A DNA stretch of 64,000 nt, from assembly GCA_023515725.1 (NCBI GenBank), contig JALDTO010000136.1, positions 62,001 to 126,000 of the forward strand. The letters run 5' to 3'. The stretch comes from Amoeboaphelidium protococcarum X5. Lineage: Eukaryota > Fungi > Aphelidiomycota. A model generated the notes under the pieces. That model worked only from the letters and a program-made list of their open reading frames with translations, was not told the DNA's origin and ran no database searches. The translations under genes and the position numbers were made by a program. Shown in pieces: positions 13,597 to 26,005 of this stretch. Position 1 is the stretch's first letter. Every line of letters starts with the position of its first letter.

Positions 13597-15840
13597 TCTA
13601 CGCGTGGGTTGACTTGTGCGATGCTATCTGCCTCCGATTGGCTTGTGTTTTGATACAAGTGTCACCGCTTGCAACATGCATCGAACGCGTATCACTAGAA
13701 TGGTAGTGCTATGTCTTTTACTTTCTGCTACAACATTCAAATCGATTCTGTTCTGTTTATAGTATTTGATAGCAATGTATTCCCGTTGTTAATTATTGGT
13801 GCAAATGGTTTCTGTTTGGCTTCTATGCTGCATTCTAGTGTCCAATTCATATCCAGTGCGTGATATTCTGCCAAGTGATGGAGCTTAGCGTGTTGAGATA
13901 TTTAAAAGGGAAGATGGTGCTGGTAAGGGTGGTAGCAAGTCTGGAGCATCTAGTGGCCCAAAGGGTGGGACAGTTGGCTCTAATGGAAAATCTTCTGGCG
14001 CCAATGCAAAGCCTGCAGGTGCTAGTTCAAAGTCCACTTAATCCAAGGTTTCTACTAGTTAAGGCTCGCCAGGTCCTTCTAATCCGAGCGCTTCTGGTCC
14101 TCCTAAGTCTAGCTCTAATAGTGGCGGGCCTGCAGCTCCTGCAAAATCTAAGGAAGCTGATAAAGGTCCGAAAAAAGCAAGCGCCCCATCTGATGCGAAA
14201 GCTTCAGATGCTGCCAAAGATTCTGAAAGGCAAAAGAATAAGTAATAAGGTTCCTCTGGACTCACTGCTCCTCAGGCAGGATCCCTGTCTTCGCAGCAGT
14301 AATAATAAGCTGGCATGTCCTAAAAACCGAGTGATTCTGTGTAGTCTTAGTCAAGGGAAGCGGATCGCGGCGTAACTGGCTAAACAGATACTGCTAATAC
14401 ACCTTAACGTGGTGCTGTTTCTGGTGCGTAATAAGGCGGTCCTGTCGATGGTGCTTCTCGAGCAGCTTAACAGTAATAAGGGGCATCTGATTAATCAGTT
14501 TCTTAACAGTCTACTACTCAATAGGGAGTTGGATAGCAGCCAGTGGGTCAGAGCGGTGCACCTTAAGCACCACCAGCTGGCAATCCTACTCCTCAAGGTT
14601 CTTCTCAGCCATAGGGTGTAAATGGTGCAACTGATGCATAAGGAGCTTCTGCCTCTCTGCCAGGTAATGCGTAACAAGCTGCTGCTGCTGCTCCTCAGGC
14701 TTCAGCTGTTTCTGCACCACAACCTGGTACACAGCCAGCTGCCGCTGTGGAAGGGGCTCCACCTACAGTTGCTTAATAGTCTGTACCAGCGGGTTAAGAC
14801 GTGGCTACCAATGGCTAAGCTCCTACTGCACAGACTACTAATGATAATCCACAACTTGGAGAAGTAACTGGTCCCGCAGCTATGGATTTTTAAAAATCTC
14901 TTGGAAATCCTGAGTAATTGATGGTCGACAACACCTATCGCGTTATGTCTGAAAATGGTTAAAATATGCCTAACACTGCTGAATAGTAGAAGCTTGCGGC
15001 TCAAGCTTCTCCTGACACGGTTAAAGTCGAGTACGGTCCGTACAGACTGAGTTAAAGTATGCTTAATGAATTAGGATATAATCCGGAAGATATGAACAAA
15101 ATGAATTCAGGTACTTTAGAAGGCGACAAGTTGGCAAAAAGTGCTGCTGCTTAGGCCCTTACAACCTATGGTAGAGATGGATTCGTTGCGTAGTAACTTG
15201 GTCCTGCGACGTACAAAAATTTTCAGGCAGGTACAATGACATCGGAAGAGAGGCAAAAATTCGATGATCTCAAGTCTAAACTCACTGAAAGGGTTCCTCC
15301 ACCTCGGCCGGAGATCTCAAGAATTGTTGCCCCTCCTAGTATTGTGAACTAAAGGAATGCTGAAACTTAAGCTCCTCAACCAGCAGTAGGATCTTAGAAT
15401 TTCTTCCAGAATGCCAATCCTGCGGTCAAGTCCATGGCGGACAATGCATTTTAGATGAATTAAGCTGGCCCATAATAGGCTCCAGGTGCCGCTCTTCCAG
15501 GTCAACCGGCTGCAGGAACATAGCCAAGCACAATGCCTGCATAAGTTGGACCTTAACGTTTGAATTCCGATATGCTTAAAGATCTAGGCTATTCTCAACC
15601 AGAAATGGACAAGATGAATGAGTAGACTCCTGCTGGCCAGGCTCTGTCTAATAGTGCTACAGCTCATGCAATAAGCGAGTTTGGTGTGAATGGATTTGTA
15701 GCGGCTCAACTCGGACCTGAATTTACAAAGCGATTGACCAACAATCAAATGACAGGTGAAGATCGCAAGGCCTTTAATGACATGAAAGCCCAATTGACTC
15801 AAGGCGTCGATATGTCGTAGTATTAAGGTCGACCTTGATT
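13597..15840 (+). repeat. Arm A of a ~2.25 kb inverted duplication (partner ~28582-30850)
   Basis: Identical ORF-track peptides on opposite strands (13860..14375+ equals 30071..30586-); homology runs from ~180 bp upstream of the ATG to just past the stop. Confidence 0.95.
13775..15838 (+). CDS. Secreted G/A/Q/P/S-rich protein with two C-terminal ~85-aa repeat domains, copy A (~687 aa)
   Basis: Open frame in table 6; signal-like MYSRCQLLVQMVSVWLLCCILVSNS, Kex2-like FKR site, long low-complexity region, two GPxRL...LGY...AQLGP modules. Start could also be 13676 or 13805. Confidence 0.8.
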
Positions 15841-16079
15841 GTATATCACTGAAATTTGATGTTAAATATTTGAAAACTTATTTGATGATGAATTGATAAA
15901 TATATCGTACCTTGGCAAATCTATGCCTATTCCACACTCAGCCTTCGTGTGGATTCTGGATTACTTTAATTCGCAGAGTTGATCAGTGGAAAGAGCTGAT
16001 ATGGACAAAACAGAATCATACTGCACCTAAAAGATTTATAGTTCATATTTACCAAATCTATTTAATAATACCAAATAAA

Positions 16080-16658
16080 TCACTTTTAAGACTCATTCAA
16101 TTTGACACCGCGAATCTTGGCAGCCTATTCACCCAAGTGCTCCTTGTTCCATTTATGATGCTGACGCAGCCACTACCTGTAACCGCTGACACTAGACACT
16201 CTTTCGCCATAGTAATCGGCAGCCATACGCTCAGAAGTTGTGGCGTCTTTACCACTTTTAATATTCTTGAGTCCGGATTTGAGAACATTGGTTGTACCTT
16301 CCATAGTGGTCAAATACGGCGATTGTGCGCGTTCAGCACGATAAGTTTTGATCCTACCAAAGAAATCCTTATCCATCTTGTCATACTACGACACCAGTCT
16401 CCTATTCCACCATCTCCACAGCGAACTTGATAAAGCTCCACCCAGCTGATACGAAGCGATACCAGCACCGATTGCACCAAACATCACCATGAGCGCAGGG
16501 TCAATACCCACTATAGGAGTCGTTGGATTAAAAGGATATAATCCCACAACCGCCCCAGTTCCCAATGCAAAGGAAGGAACACCAACCATAGGCCTAACTC
16601 TATTCCGCTACTTTTTTAATTTAAAATACTAATTCCAATTCAATTTTGACGCGTTCAT
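16080..16658 (-). CDS. PAM17: Mitochondrial import motor subunit Pam17, 192 aa
   Basis: LNWNQYFKLK, two TMs with GIDP, DYYGERVSSVSGYRQWLR. Confidence 0.88.
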
Positions 16659-17002
16659 ATTATCACTTTGAATATTTAATCTGATTAGATTTGATGGAAG
16701 ATGGACAAGAAATTCTTTTGTTTTAATCTTTATGCTAAAATCACAATTAGTAAAGAGAAATGGTAGCAATAAACTGGATGTATGAGCTATAAAGTATTTT
16801 TCAAGTGCTAATTTTTGTTATTATTGGTAAGAATATTAATTTATTTATTCTTAGAAAGTATTAAATGCAAAAGCAAGTAGCATGGGCATTACTGTACTTC
16901 TTTGTCTTGAGAGATTTACAGATTGTGAAGGAACTCACTGGTATTACTAACAACAACAAGGAAGTAAAAAAGTCAAATTGAAATGCGTTTAGAATTATCT
17001 AT

Positions 17003-17914
<912 letters not shown>

Positions 17915-19071
17915 ATCTTCTATCTGTATTTTACAGTATGTGTATGTACAGAATAATAGTTTATGGATTGATACAGACAATGTGGTTATATAGCTTCCCT
18001 CGGTTATGATAGAGATGAAAACGGTAAAAATCGTAATGAGATCTGCTGTGAACTCGTCATAACGTTTCCGAAAGCGATCGTCACCAGCATCACTTTTCCC
18101 ATTTGGGTACTTTTGAAGATTGAAATTTATACCTGTACTGAGACGTGTTTAGTATTAAGAACTTGTAGATATACTATTTCAGGTTGTGGGTACTTTGAGT
18201 CTGGGTGCCTAATTTGTATCGAATTTAAACAATTATTTAAGAGATAGAATGAGATTATTTTGGTAACGCTTACTCACTCTAAGAGAAGTGTAAAGATTAC
18301 CAACATACCATACATGTTGACAGTTTTGGGGCGCGTAATTGATCAAAAAATTTTAATATGAAGTTGCGCAAGCAGGGATTGCTTAAGAATTCCCACATAG
18401 GAAGATGAACTATTTAGAAATATTTAAAGCTCACTGTATATGCTGAACATCTAACGATTTACGTGCCGCGCTGTCACTGGAGCCGCTCTATGGGGGCTTA
18501 GTAGATGTTCTTATCCCAAATCGAAGCTTTTCTGTGATCTCTTTTGGTATTCGTACTGTCGAAGTTTACTGATGACTTTGAGGCTGTGTAATTTAACACG
18601 TTATCAGCACTGGATGGGTCTGCGTGTTGAGCTATTTTCTATCCTTTTCGGTGCTTCCGGCTCTGTTAATTTCTAGGATACTGACGCGTCCATACGCATA
18701 CACCATTGACGTATGTTGAAAGAAGAAGTTGATCACTTCGTATGGGTTAAAAGAATGAAGGTACGGTTGAAGGCCTAAAGCGATGATGCTCACCTGTGGG
18801 TGGTCGATATTGGCTAGGCGGGCTTTGCAATTCAAGATAAACATACTTTGCATTCTTTAGCTTGTCGCTTGGAATATTTGGATAGTCATTTATTTTCAGT
18901 GATCGCGTAGAATTGGATTTTACTTCAGCATAGTTATGAATTGCAGATCCAAAAGCCTTAGTCAAGTTATACTTGGAGATCAATCTCAATGCTTCTGATG
19001 ATATCAGTTTTGGCCTGAGAAAGTTGAAGATTCAAATTTTGGCAAGGCTATCGTGATTATGTAAGCTATAG

Positions 19072-22000
19072 ATGTACTCAAATGATATTGTGCCGCGTGA
19101 AGACTTAAAGGAATGCATAAAAAAATTTTACAGGAATAGCGGAATCAACATGGTCAACCCAATCAAATGTCCAAGCCAGACGAGGAACAAACAAAAAGTG
19201 CAAAAAGGCGACGAGCCAAAAGCGCGCTCTGTTTCAACTATAAAATATCGATACAAGTGCAAAAGGTTCAATTTGTAGTTGATATAGAAACTTCATCAGG
19301 CAATGACTGATAAAACTTCATTAATCTAACCTCATGTTAAGCCCGGAAAGAATGGGTAGGTGTAGCAGACAAAGAAATATTATCAGAGTTATTGGACATG
19401 CCCTGTATGCGAGAAGTAATTTACATCCAATAATAAGTAATACCATATGAAGTCTAAGTCTTGCAAGCCGCCTGACAAGTCTTAGAAGTCTATTACTGAC
19501 TTGTTTGGTCGCACAAACACAACAGCCCAAGTGGTGGTCTCTGGTGTGATTGATGATAGTCTCATGAATAATTGCGCTTCTGGTTTGAATACGTAACAGA
19601 ATGTCATCAGTGGGGGTGTTCAAGATGGTGCCAGTGATTCTAGCAGTTACGTATTAGGTAGTGTGTCGGAAGTTACTGGTGTTTCATTGGTTGCGGAGTA
19701 GGTCAATGTTGAAGATAATGATCTTGATAATGCGTAGACGTCTTTGAGTTGGCTAAATCAGAAGAAGTACGCTTGGTTATCACCCTTTGTGAGTGATATA
19801 ACGATATGTATGAAGGGAGAAGACAGAAAGGGAAGATCTACTGCTTGTGGTAGATTTAAGGAGAATGACATATGTGTCTGCGTACCGAAGGTTAAACCAA
19901 AATGGAGGGATATTGTTGTATATCCGGAGAATCCGCTGCTTAGTGGCTCTACATCTCCAGAGTCTTTCTCAGCGGTACCTACCTATTTCTGGATTCCAGA
20001 GTTATTCTTTTGGAAGTATATGAGACACATGCCCTGCGTAAATTGCTCTCCCTCAGAGTCCAGAGTTACTTACATTGGATGGAACGATTGCGGTCCCCGG
20101 AGAGTGATATCCTTAGGCAGGGAATTTGATGTTATTTGCATGCGTTATCGATGCAAAACTTGCTCTACAGAGTTCACAGGTTGTGATAAAAGAGCTTTGG
20201 ATTAAATGCCATCTTTTATAAGTGCTCAACTTCCCGCGGTTGTTTTCCCAAAATCTTGCTTGGACTTGGACATGCAAATGCTGATTGCGGCAGCTGTGGT
20301 TAAGGGAATATTTTTTGCAGATGTCTAAAAGATGTATCGAGAGGTAAATGATGCACACCACTGGCGATAGTAAGATGTCTATTATAGTTTTGCTTGTTAT
20401 TCTTAGAAGCATCCATTGGTTGTTCATGCTAATCATTCTGGGAAAATCAAACCTTTTGGGTAAAGTTAGGATAAGAATGGATGGCACTAAGTTGTCCCCA
20501 CCGTTCAATTGCTTATTAAGTCATATGAACTGTTCTCTACTCGAAATAGCCAAATATAGCGAGCTTCTCTGATGGCTATCACGGGAAGAGTTTTATCTGC
20601 CGATCACACATTCAAGATTGCTAAAATTGTTAAACTTGACCACTAGCAGTTATTTGGCGCCTGTTATACTATTATGAATGAGTTTAATATGGTGATGGGC
20701 TATTACTTTGTCAATAGTAAGAGCATTGATGAATTGGAGTAAGAACTTGCTCTCATTGCCCAACGCTATGAACATACTACTATTCCAGGGCCTTAACTGA
20801 TGTATGTTGACAACTGTTGCCAGGATAGAGCCGCTTACTTGTCATTTTTTTCAACTCTGAAATCGCCAAAACGGGCTATATTGCGTGAACTACATTTTAA
20901 TGGCAGAGTTATGCATGTGACCAATGAAGAGTAATTAGTAGCAGGCCTGGAACTACTTTAGAAGGAAACTTTTGTGGGTTTAGATGCCGAATGGAATAAA
21001 GCTACTCAACATGGAGGGAAAGCCGGCAAAGTGGCGGTTGTATAAATTTGCTCTTAATCTGTGTGTCTGGTTATAAGCTTGTTTGCATTTCCATCTTTTC
21101 CAGCGCAGCTGGCTAGTTATTTGGGATCGGATGTCGTAAAAGCAGGAAGTAACATATAAGGAGATGCTATAAGACTTTAGAAGCATTGGGGTGTCGAAGT
21201 GCGAAATGTTTAAGAGTTGAAAGACCTTTTCATGGCTCATTAATTGCCATCTTATGCTCTGGAATCAATGTGTTCTTAAATATTAAAATGCTAGATTGCT
21301 AAAGAGAAGTCTAACTTAGATAAAAATTGGGAGAATATAATTCTTACTCCAGAGCAGCTCAAGTATGCAGTTGATGATGCATATGCATCATTTCTATTGA
21401 TGTAGTATCACTCTAATCCTCTCGAAGAAGTTGAAGTGATCTCTGTTACTTCTGAATCTACTCTTACTGATGAATTTGCTGAGTCCATTCTGCTTGATGC
21501 ATTTCACTTTATCGATAGGTATGAGGTTTCTAAGCACCATGCCGTATATCCTCTGTTCATGGCTTTCTTAAGTGACGCCATATTGTCTGTAATGAGGCTG
21601 ATTTAAGAGCGGTGAATGAGTATTTATAGCGCAAAGGCATAGACACTGACAAGTATAAATGGTACTATCGCATATATATCCGGAAAGGTAGAATCCGAAG
21701 AAAGATCCCTAAGCCTAGTGTACTTGTTCCAAGAGTCGATTTTGTACTCCATCTGTTCAGGGATGCTTGTCCTGATTTTATTACCGATAAAGTGATGAGA
21801 AACCATTAGAACAATCTAAAGCACTTAAGGGATGGATGTCTATCAGATCATTTGGGGGTGAATTTGTACTTCGACATCAAATCGCCATCGGACGAACTGC
21901 CTAAATATCGCTGCGCTAGAGGCACCTCTGGTTAAGAAGGTTTTCACAAACATTTCAAGGCTTCTATTGCAGCCTCTACACTTACTCCAGCTCTGGCAGA

Positions 22001-23059
22001 TGGACTCTCTCTTGATATCACCAACCGCTGGAACTATTAGATAGCAAAAAGTTTGGGACTTACTGACTGCGATTTATCTATTGATCTAAACACCATGCAA
22101 CATTTGCATTCGCTGTTCACTGACAATATCGAGTATTTTGAATACAATCCTGTCAAGTCTGCTTATTGGAAGTTCGATATACCAATGGAGTTGGAGAAGT
22201 TCGGATGTCTGAGAGCTGTTAATTTACCATACATCGATAATTTTATAATGAGTAGACTCTTCCAGCGATTGAGCCACAGCTGCCTTTAGTGGTTGAAGAT
22301 GATATGGAGCCAACTGCCTTGGAGGATTTGGTAGTCTTGGATTCCCTCATTTTGCCTGATGTGCTCAAAATTTCGAAAGCAACAGTAGTCGAAAGAAGTA
22401 TCAGCGCCACATCGAAAACTCTACCTTTCCCTAGGAATTTCAAGTATAAGGATGAGACGGATCTTGGTTTATAGGTCCTTAATGAATGCATGTCTGATAA
22501 GCTTACGGTTGATCTACTACGCGTGACTGAAGAGTACAACAATCGCCTGCAACGCCTCATCAAAGAAGATGCAACGCTCCTTGGTGCCAAATACAATTTC
22601 AAGACTGTCACTCATTTCCAAGCATTGATTAGCAGTCTGGAAAAGAAGTTGTAGGGTCAGGATCTTCTCAAAGGTTTTGAAGTACAGTTAAAGGAATTAT
22701 AGCGTGCGTTGCAGTCCACCAAGGAATTTAATTTCGAGTATGTCAGTCCAAGACCTTCCTTACCTGCAGCAGTTGAATCCTCGTCTCACTAAATCCGCAT
22801 ACCAAATAATACTATTGCAGACGAGGCTGGAGATTAGCCAGCTTTAGAATTTGCGAATCTTCTGATGGATGATAGTGTTCATGTATGCGCAGCGTGCAAA
22901 AAGCCGTGTAAAAGGATGAATCCGGCTGGGAGATTTGAGTATGTGGATGGTCATAGAAATGGTTTCTGTCCTCTCGTAGGCCGTGCTCCTAATGCAGAGG
23001 AGAAGAAAGAGAAGGATACTTTCAGAAAGCGTTTGAAACGATCGCATGTCGGTGTTTGA
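19072..23059 (+). mobile_element. Dada-superfamily-like DDE transposase with inserted DEDDy 3'-5' exonuclease; two frameshifts (~21585, ~22243)
   Basis: CPVC..H..C finger; CxxC...GPRRV...YRCKTC; SADHTFK (D, 20602); YVDNCC (D, 20809); exonuclease GLDAEW...KYAVDDAY (20983-21400); LLDAFH (DxxH, 21496); RGTSGQEGFH (E, 21936); C-terminal CxxC..H..C. Start may be 19303; termini not located. Confidence 0.8.
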
Positions 23060-23214
23060 CGACTGGCATATGAATATTAATCAATATATACATGACCAGA
23101 ATTACGAAATTGTCCTAATTAGTCAGATACTGCCTTGGACATGATGTCCTACCCGGTCCATACCGGTTTTTACCACTCATCGCAACAATACTCAACCGCA
23201 TGGTACGTAACCTA

Positions 23215-23242
23215 AAATTTTGCCGCGGTAGCGGCAAAATTT
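23215..23242. other. Perfect 12-bp hairpin downstream of the transposase
   Basis: aaattttgccgc-ggta-gcggcaaaattt. Confidence 0.85.
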
Positions 23243-23893
23243 ACTAGCTTCTCTTTTTTCTTCTCTTTTGAGGGGACCCATAATTTACGAGCCGGAATAG
23301 CCAGACGGAAATAAATGACCCAGTGTTCCCGTGGAGAAAAGTAGAGAGCCCGACGTTTTGAGAAGAGCAATGGCCGATAACAGTGGTGGGAAGTTCGATT
23401 TTTTGTACAAATATCTAACCGGTACAAATAGTGGAGCCGGGAAAAGAGCATGAATGATAGTCACCGCTGTTTAAATAGAATAAATAGCTCAATTAAAGAT
23501 AGAGAACACTTGCGCGAATGAACTGCAGTTTATACAAGATCAATGCAGATAAATTGGTTGATTAAGAACCACCCACATATTCTAAGAATGATGTACGCGC
23601 ATGGGCATAACCTATAATAACGCCAGTAAAGTTAGCGTAAGTAAGTGAGGTCATATCTTTCAGAGAGGGCCTCATCAGCTAGACAGAATTCGTATAGTAT
23701 AACTACAGCTACTTCTTCGCGTTACGGAGCGTTCCTGAAACACTACTTTTGGTGTCGCCTCTTCTTTTCAGCAATTCCGAAAACTTTATTTGTTGAAACG
23801 GAGAGCCGCTCGACTGAAGCTGATAGTAAGAGTGTGTTCTTCTACTTGTTACTATCCTGCCTACTTTGAACATAAATATATCACATTGATAAC

Positions 23894-25480
23894 ATGAAAG
23901 AAAACGTTTACAGCTCTAATAAATTACAAATGTAAGCTGGGGACTCCCTTAAGGCGGGTAAGCGAAATTTTATCAGCTCTGACGACGAAGATGACGAGCT
24001 GAGTGCTCCAGTAACTTTCCTTCAAGGTGCATAATAGTAGAAAGAAGACGAGGAAACTGGATAGGAATTGGAATTTGATTTTAGTCGATCAAGAACTGTT
24101 GATCAAGTACTATCTGAAGTGCCGGCCTACCTGCAGCAGAGCTCATCATCAGAGCCACGTAGACGGTCATCCACACGCGTGAATCCTCATAGTCTCCCTC
24201 AGCAGACATCGCTGCAGAATCTGAAACGCAGCAAGCCCGGCGATGGCGGCGACGCGACTGAAACGTCTGCGGATTTATCGTTTCTGAACTCTCTTGTGCA
24301 GCAGTAGGAGAAGCGATCGAGGATTGGGTATGAAAAGTTGAAATCTGCAGTTCAGACTGGTAACACTGCTAACAGGAAGCGACTGAATGAAATAAGCTAA
24401 TGTACCTCTGATGCTGTTCCCACTTTAACGCATGATGTTGTAAAAGAGTCTATCGTCAGTGTTGGTCAAATTGATGCCAAGCGAATATATGCGTTCAGTT
24501 CTTATTCTCTTCCAGATTGGAACGTTGAACATTTAATTGGGTTGATGAACAGTTCCTCTACTCAGGGAGAAGTTGCCGACGCGTTGAGATGGAGCATTTC
24601 GACCGACTAGCTTGAGTATATCTTTGCGTCCGACTTTTTGTCAAGTCAGCTAAAGAGCGGTTATTATTGTCCTGATACGCCTGCATGCACAGTGATCATT
24701 TATCTAGCCGTATTTCATTCGTCTGCAGCAGTTAAATATGGCGCTCTGTAGTGCGTGAAAATTTTATCAGAGTATGGTTTGATGTAATTGGACGTTTAAT
24801 ATCTGCTTGAGTATTTCACATTGATGGGATTTATTGGCTCTTTGGATGATAAGAATGACTGTATCAAGATTGACGCGGATATTGGTCAAGTTGAATTGCC
24901 TCAGCGTTAGCTTTTGCCTCCGGAATGGATATTGCATTTGAAAGCATTACTATCCATCACTTTAATTTTTTGTAAGAGTAATGCTGTCGACTCTCGGTTG
25001 GTGAAATCGCTAATAACTCTGCTTTCTGGTGAAGAGTACTTGTGGGAATGTGATTGGGAAATTATGAATCTGTTTCAACAGCTATGCACTATCACCGGTG
25101 CCTGTGATATTAACCATTTAAGCACTAAAAGAAGTAATATATCGGCTTTAGTTGCGTTTACGCGTCTAAATGACTACAAGTTCTCGTCTGGTTCTGAATT
25201 CGATTATGTGAAACTATTACGAGAGCTCAAATCGTGCTGGTAGAATCTCGATCTCACTTTGCAGGGAGCTTCAGTTAGTAAACTGATTGATCGTATCAAG
25301 TACATGAATTCTCGTATTAATGATTGCAAAGGAACTGATGTTGTGAAATCTGATTGTAAGCAGATTCTACAAAGATTCGAGTGTCTTTTGAGAAATTGGT
25401 CAATCATGTACCCATCCTTAACATCGAACGGTGGCTAGTAGAAGAACTTGGGTAACTTTTTCTCTGCCATAAAGTAATGA
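23894..25480 (+). CDS. Uncharacterised ~528-aa protein: disordered N-terminus, helical C-half, terminal PIP-box-like motif (possibly SLF2/Nse6-like)
   Basis: Single frame in table 6 joining track ORFs 24068 and 24914; ends GGQQKNLGNFFSAIKQ-TGA. Confidence 0.7.
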
Positions 25481-25934
25481 ATTAAAGCTTGTCAGTGCAG
25501 CAACTTGATGATTGATTTAGTACCTGAATTATTTGCATGTTAAATCTTTGATTACTTTATGTATAGCTGCAAGGTACTTTGCACTATTAACAGAGCAAAC
25601 GTAAGACAGCACTTTCAAACGAATAGAGTGAGCAACATCACAATTTCAGGTACAAGCAAGAGCAGAAGGTCGGCTCACCGATAGAGGCTGTATTACTCTG
25701 GAAACTTTGCGCGTATTTAAAAGTCCCGCCACGAGAGTGAAAGTATTGAAAAGTTTATTGTAATCAGAATCTGCCACGGCGCGACGATGACTTCTTGTTA
25801 AGTGACTGTTGCTCGCACTTACCTAAGGTGTGGAAAGATTTCTACTTTCCTGGCACACGCTCCTCACACCAAACCAAGCTAGAGTGTTCTCTACTGGCGC
25901 GCAGAATAATAGAATGATCCAAAAATTAATCAAT

Positions 25935-26005
25935 TGCTCTCACCGAGAATCGAACTCGGGTTTCACGTTTACGAGACGCGTGTTCTACCACTAGACTATA
26001 AGAGA
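25935..26005 (-). tRNA. tRNA-Thr(CGT) with U1:C72 and C12:A23 mismatches
   Basis: TCTCTTA TA GTCT AGTGGTA GAAC A CGCGT CTCGTAA ACGTG AAAC CCGAG TTCGATT CTCGG TGAGAGC A, followed by a TTTTT Pol III terminator. Confidence 0.88.

Noticed and set aside
13860-14867. Leu-rich ORF-track peptides and their mirror copies at 29591-30586
   Set aside because: Off-frame shadows of the real G/A/Q/P-rich frame.
18366-18371. GCGCAA as a possible U6-type target duplication for the Dada element
   Set aside because: No U6 sequence adjacent and no matching copy at the right flank.
23658-23678. Hammerhead-like CTGATGAG...GAAA on the minus strand
   Set aside because: Stem II is at most 2 bp and I cannot build stems I and III around a cleavage triplet.
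25817-25900. ACTTACCT, similar to the U1 snRNA 5' end
   Set aside because: No U1-70K or U1A loop motifs and no Sm site at the expected spacing.
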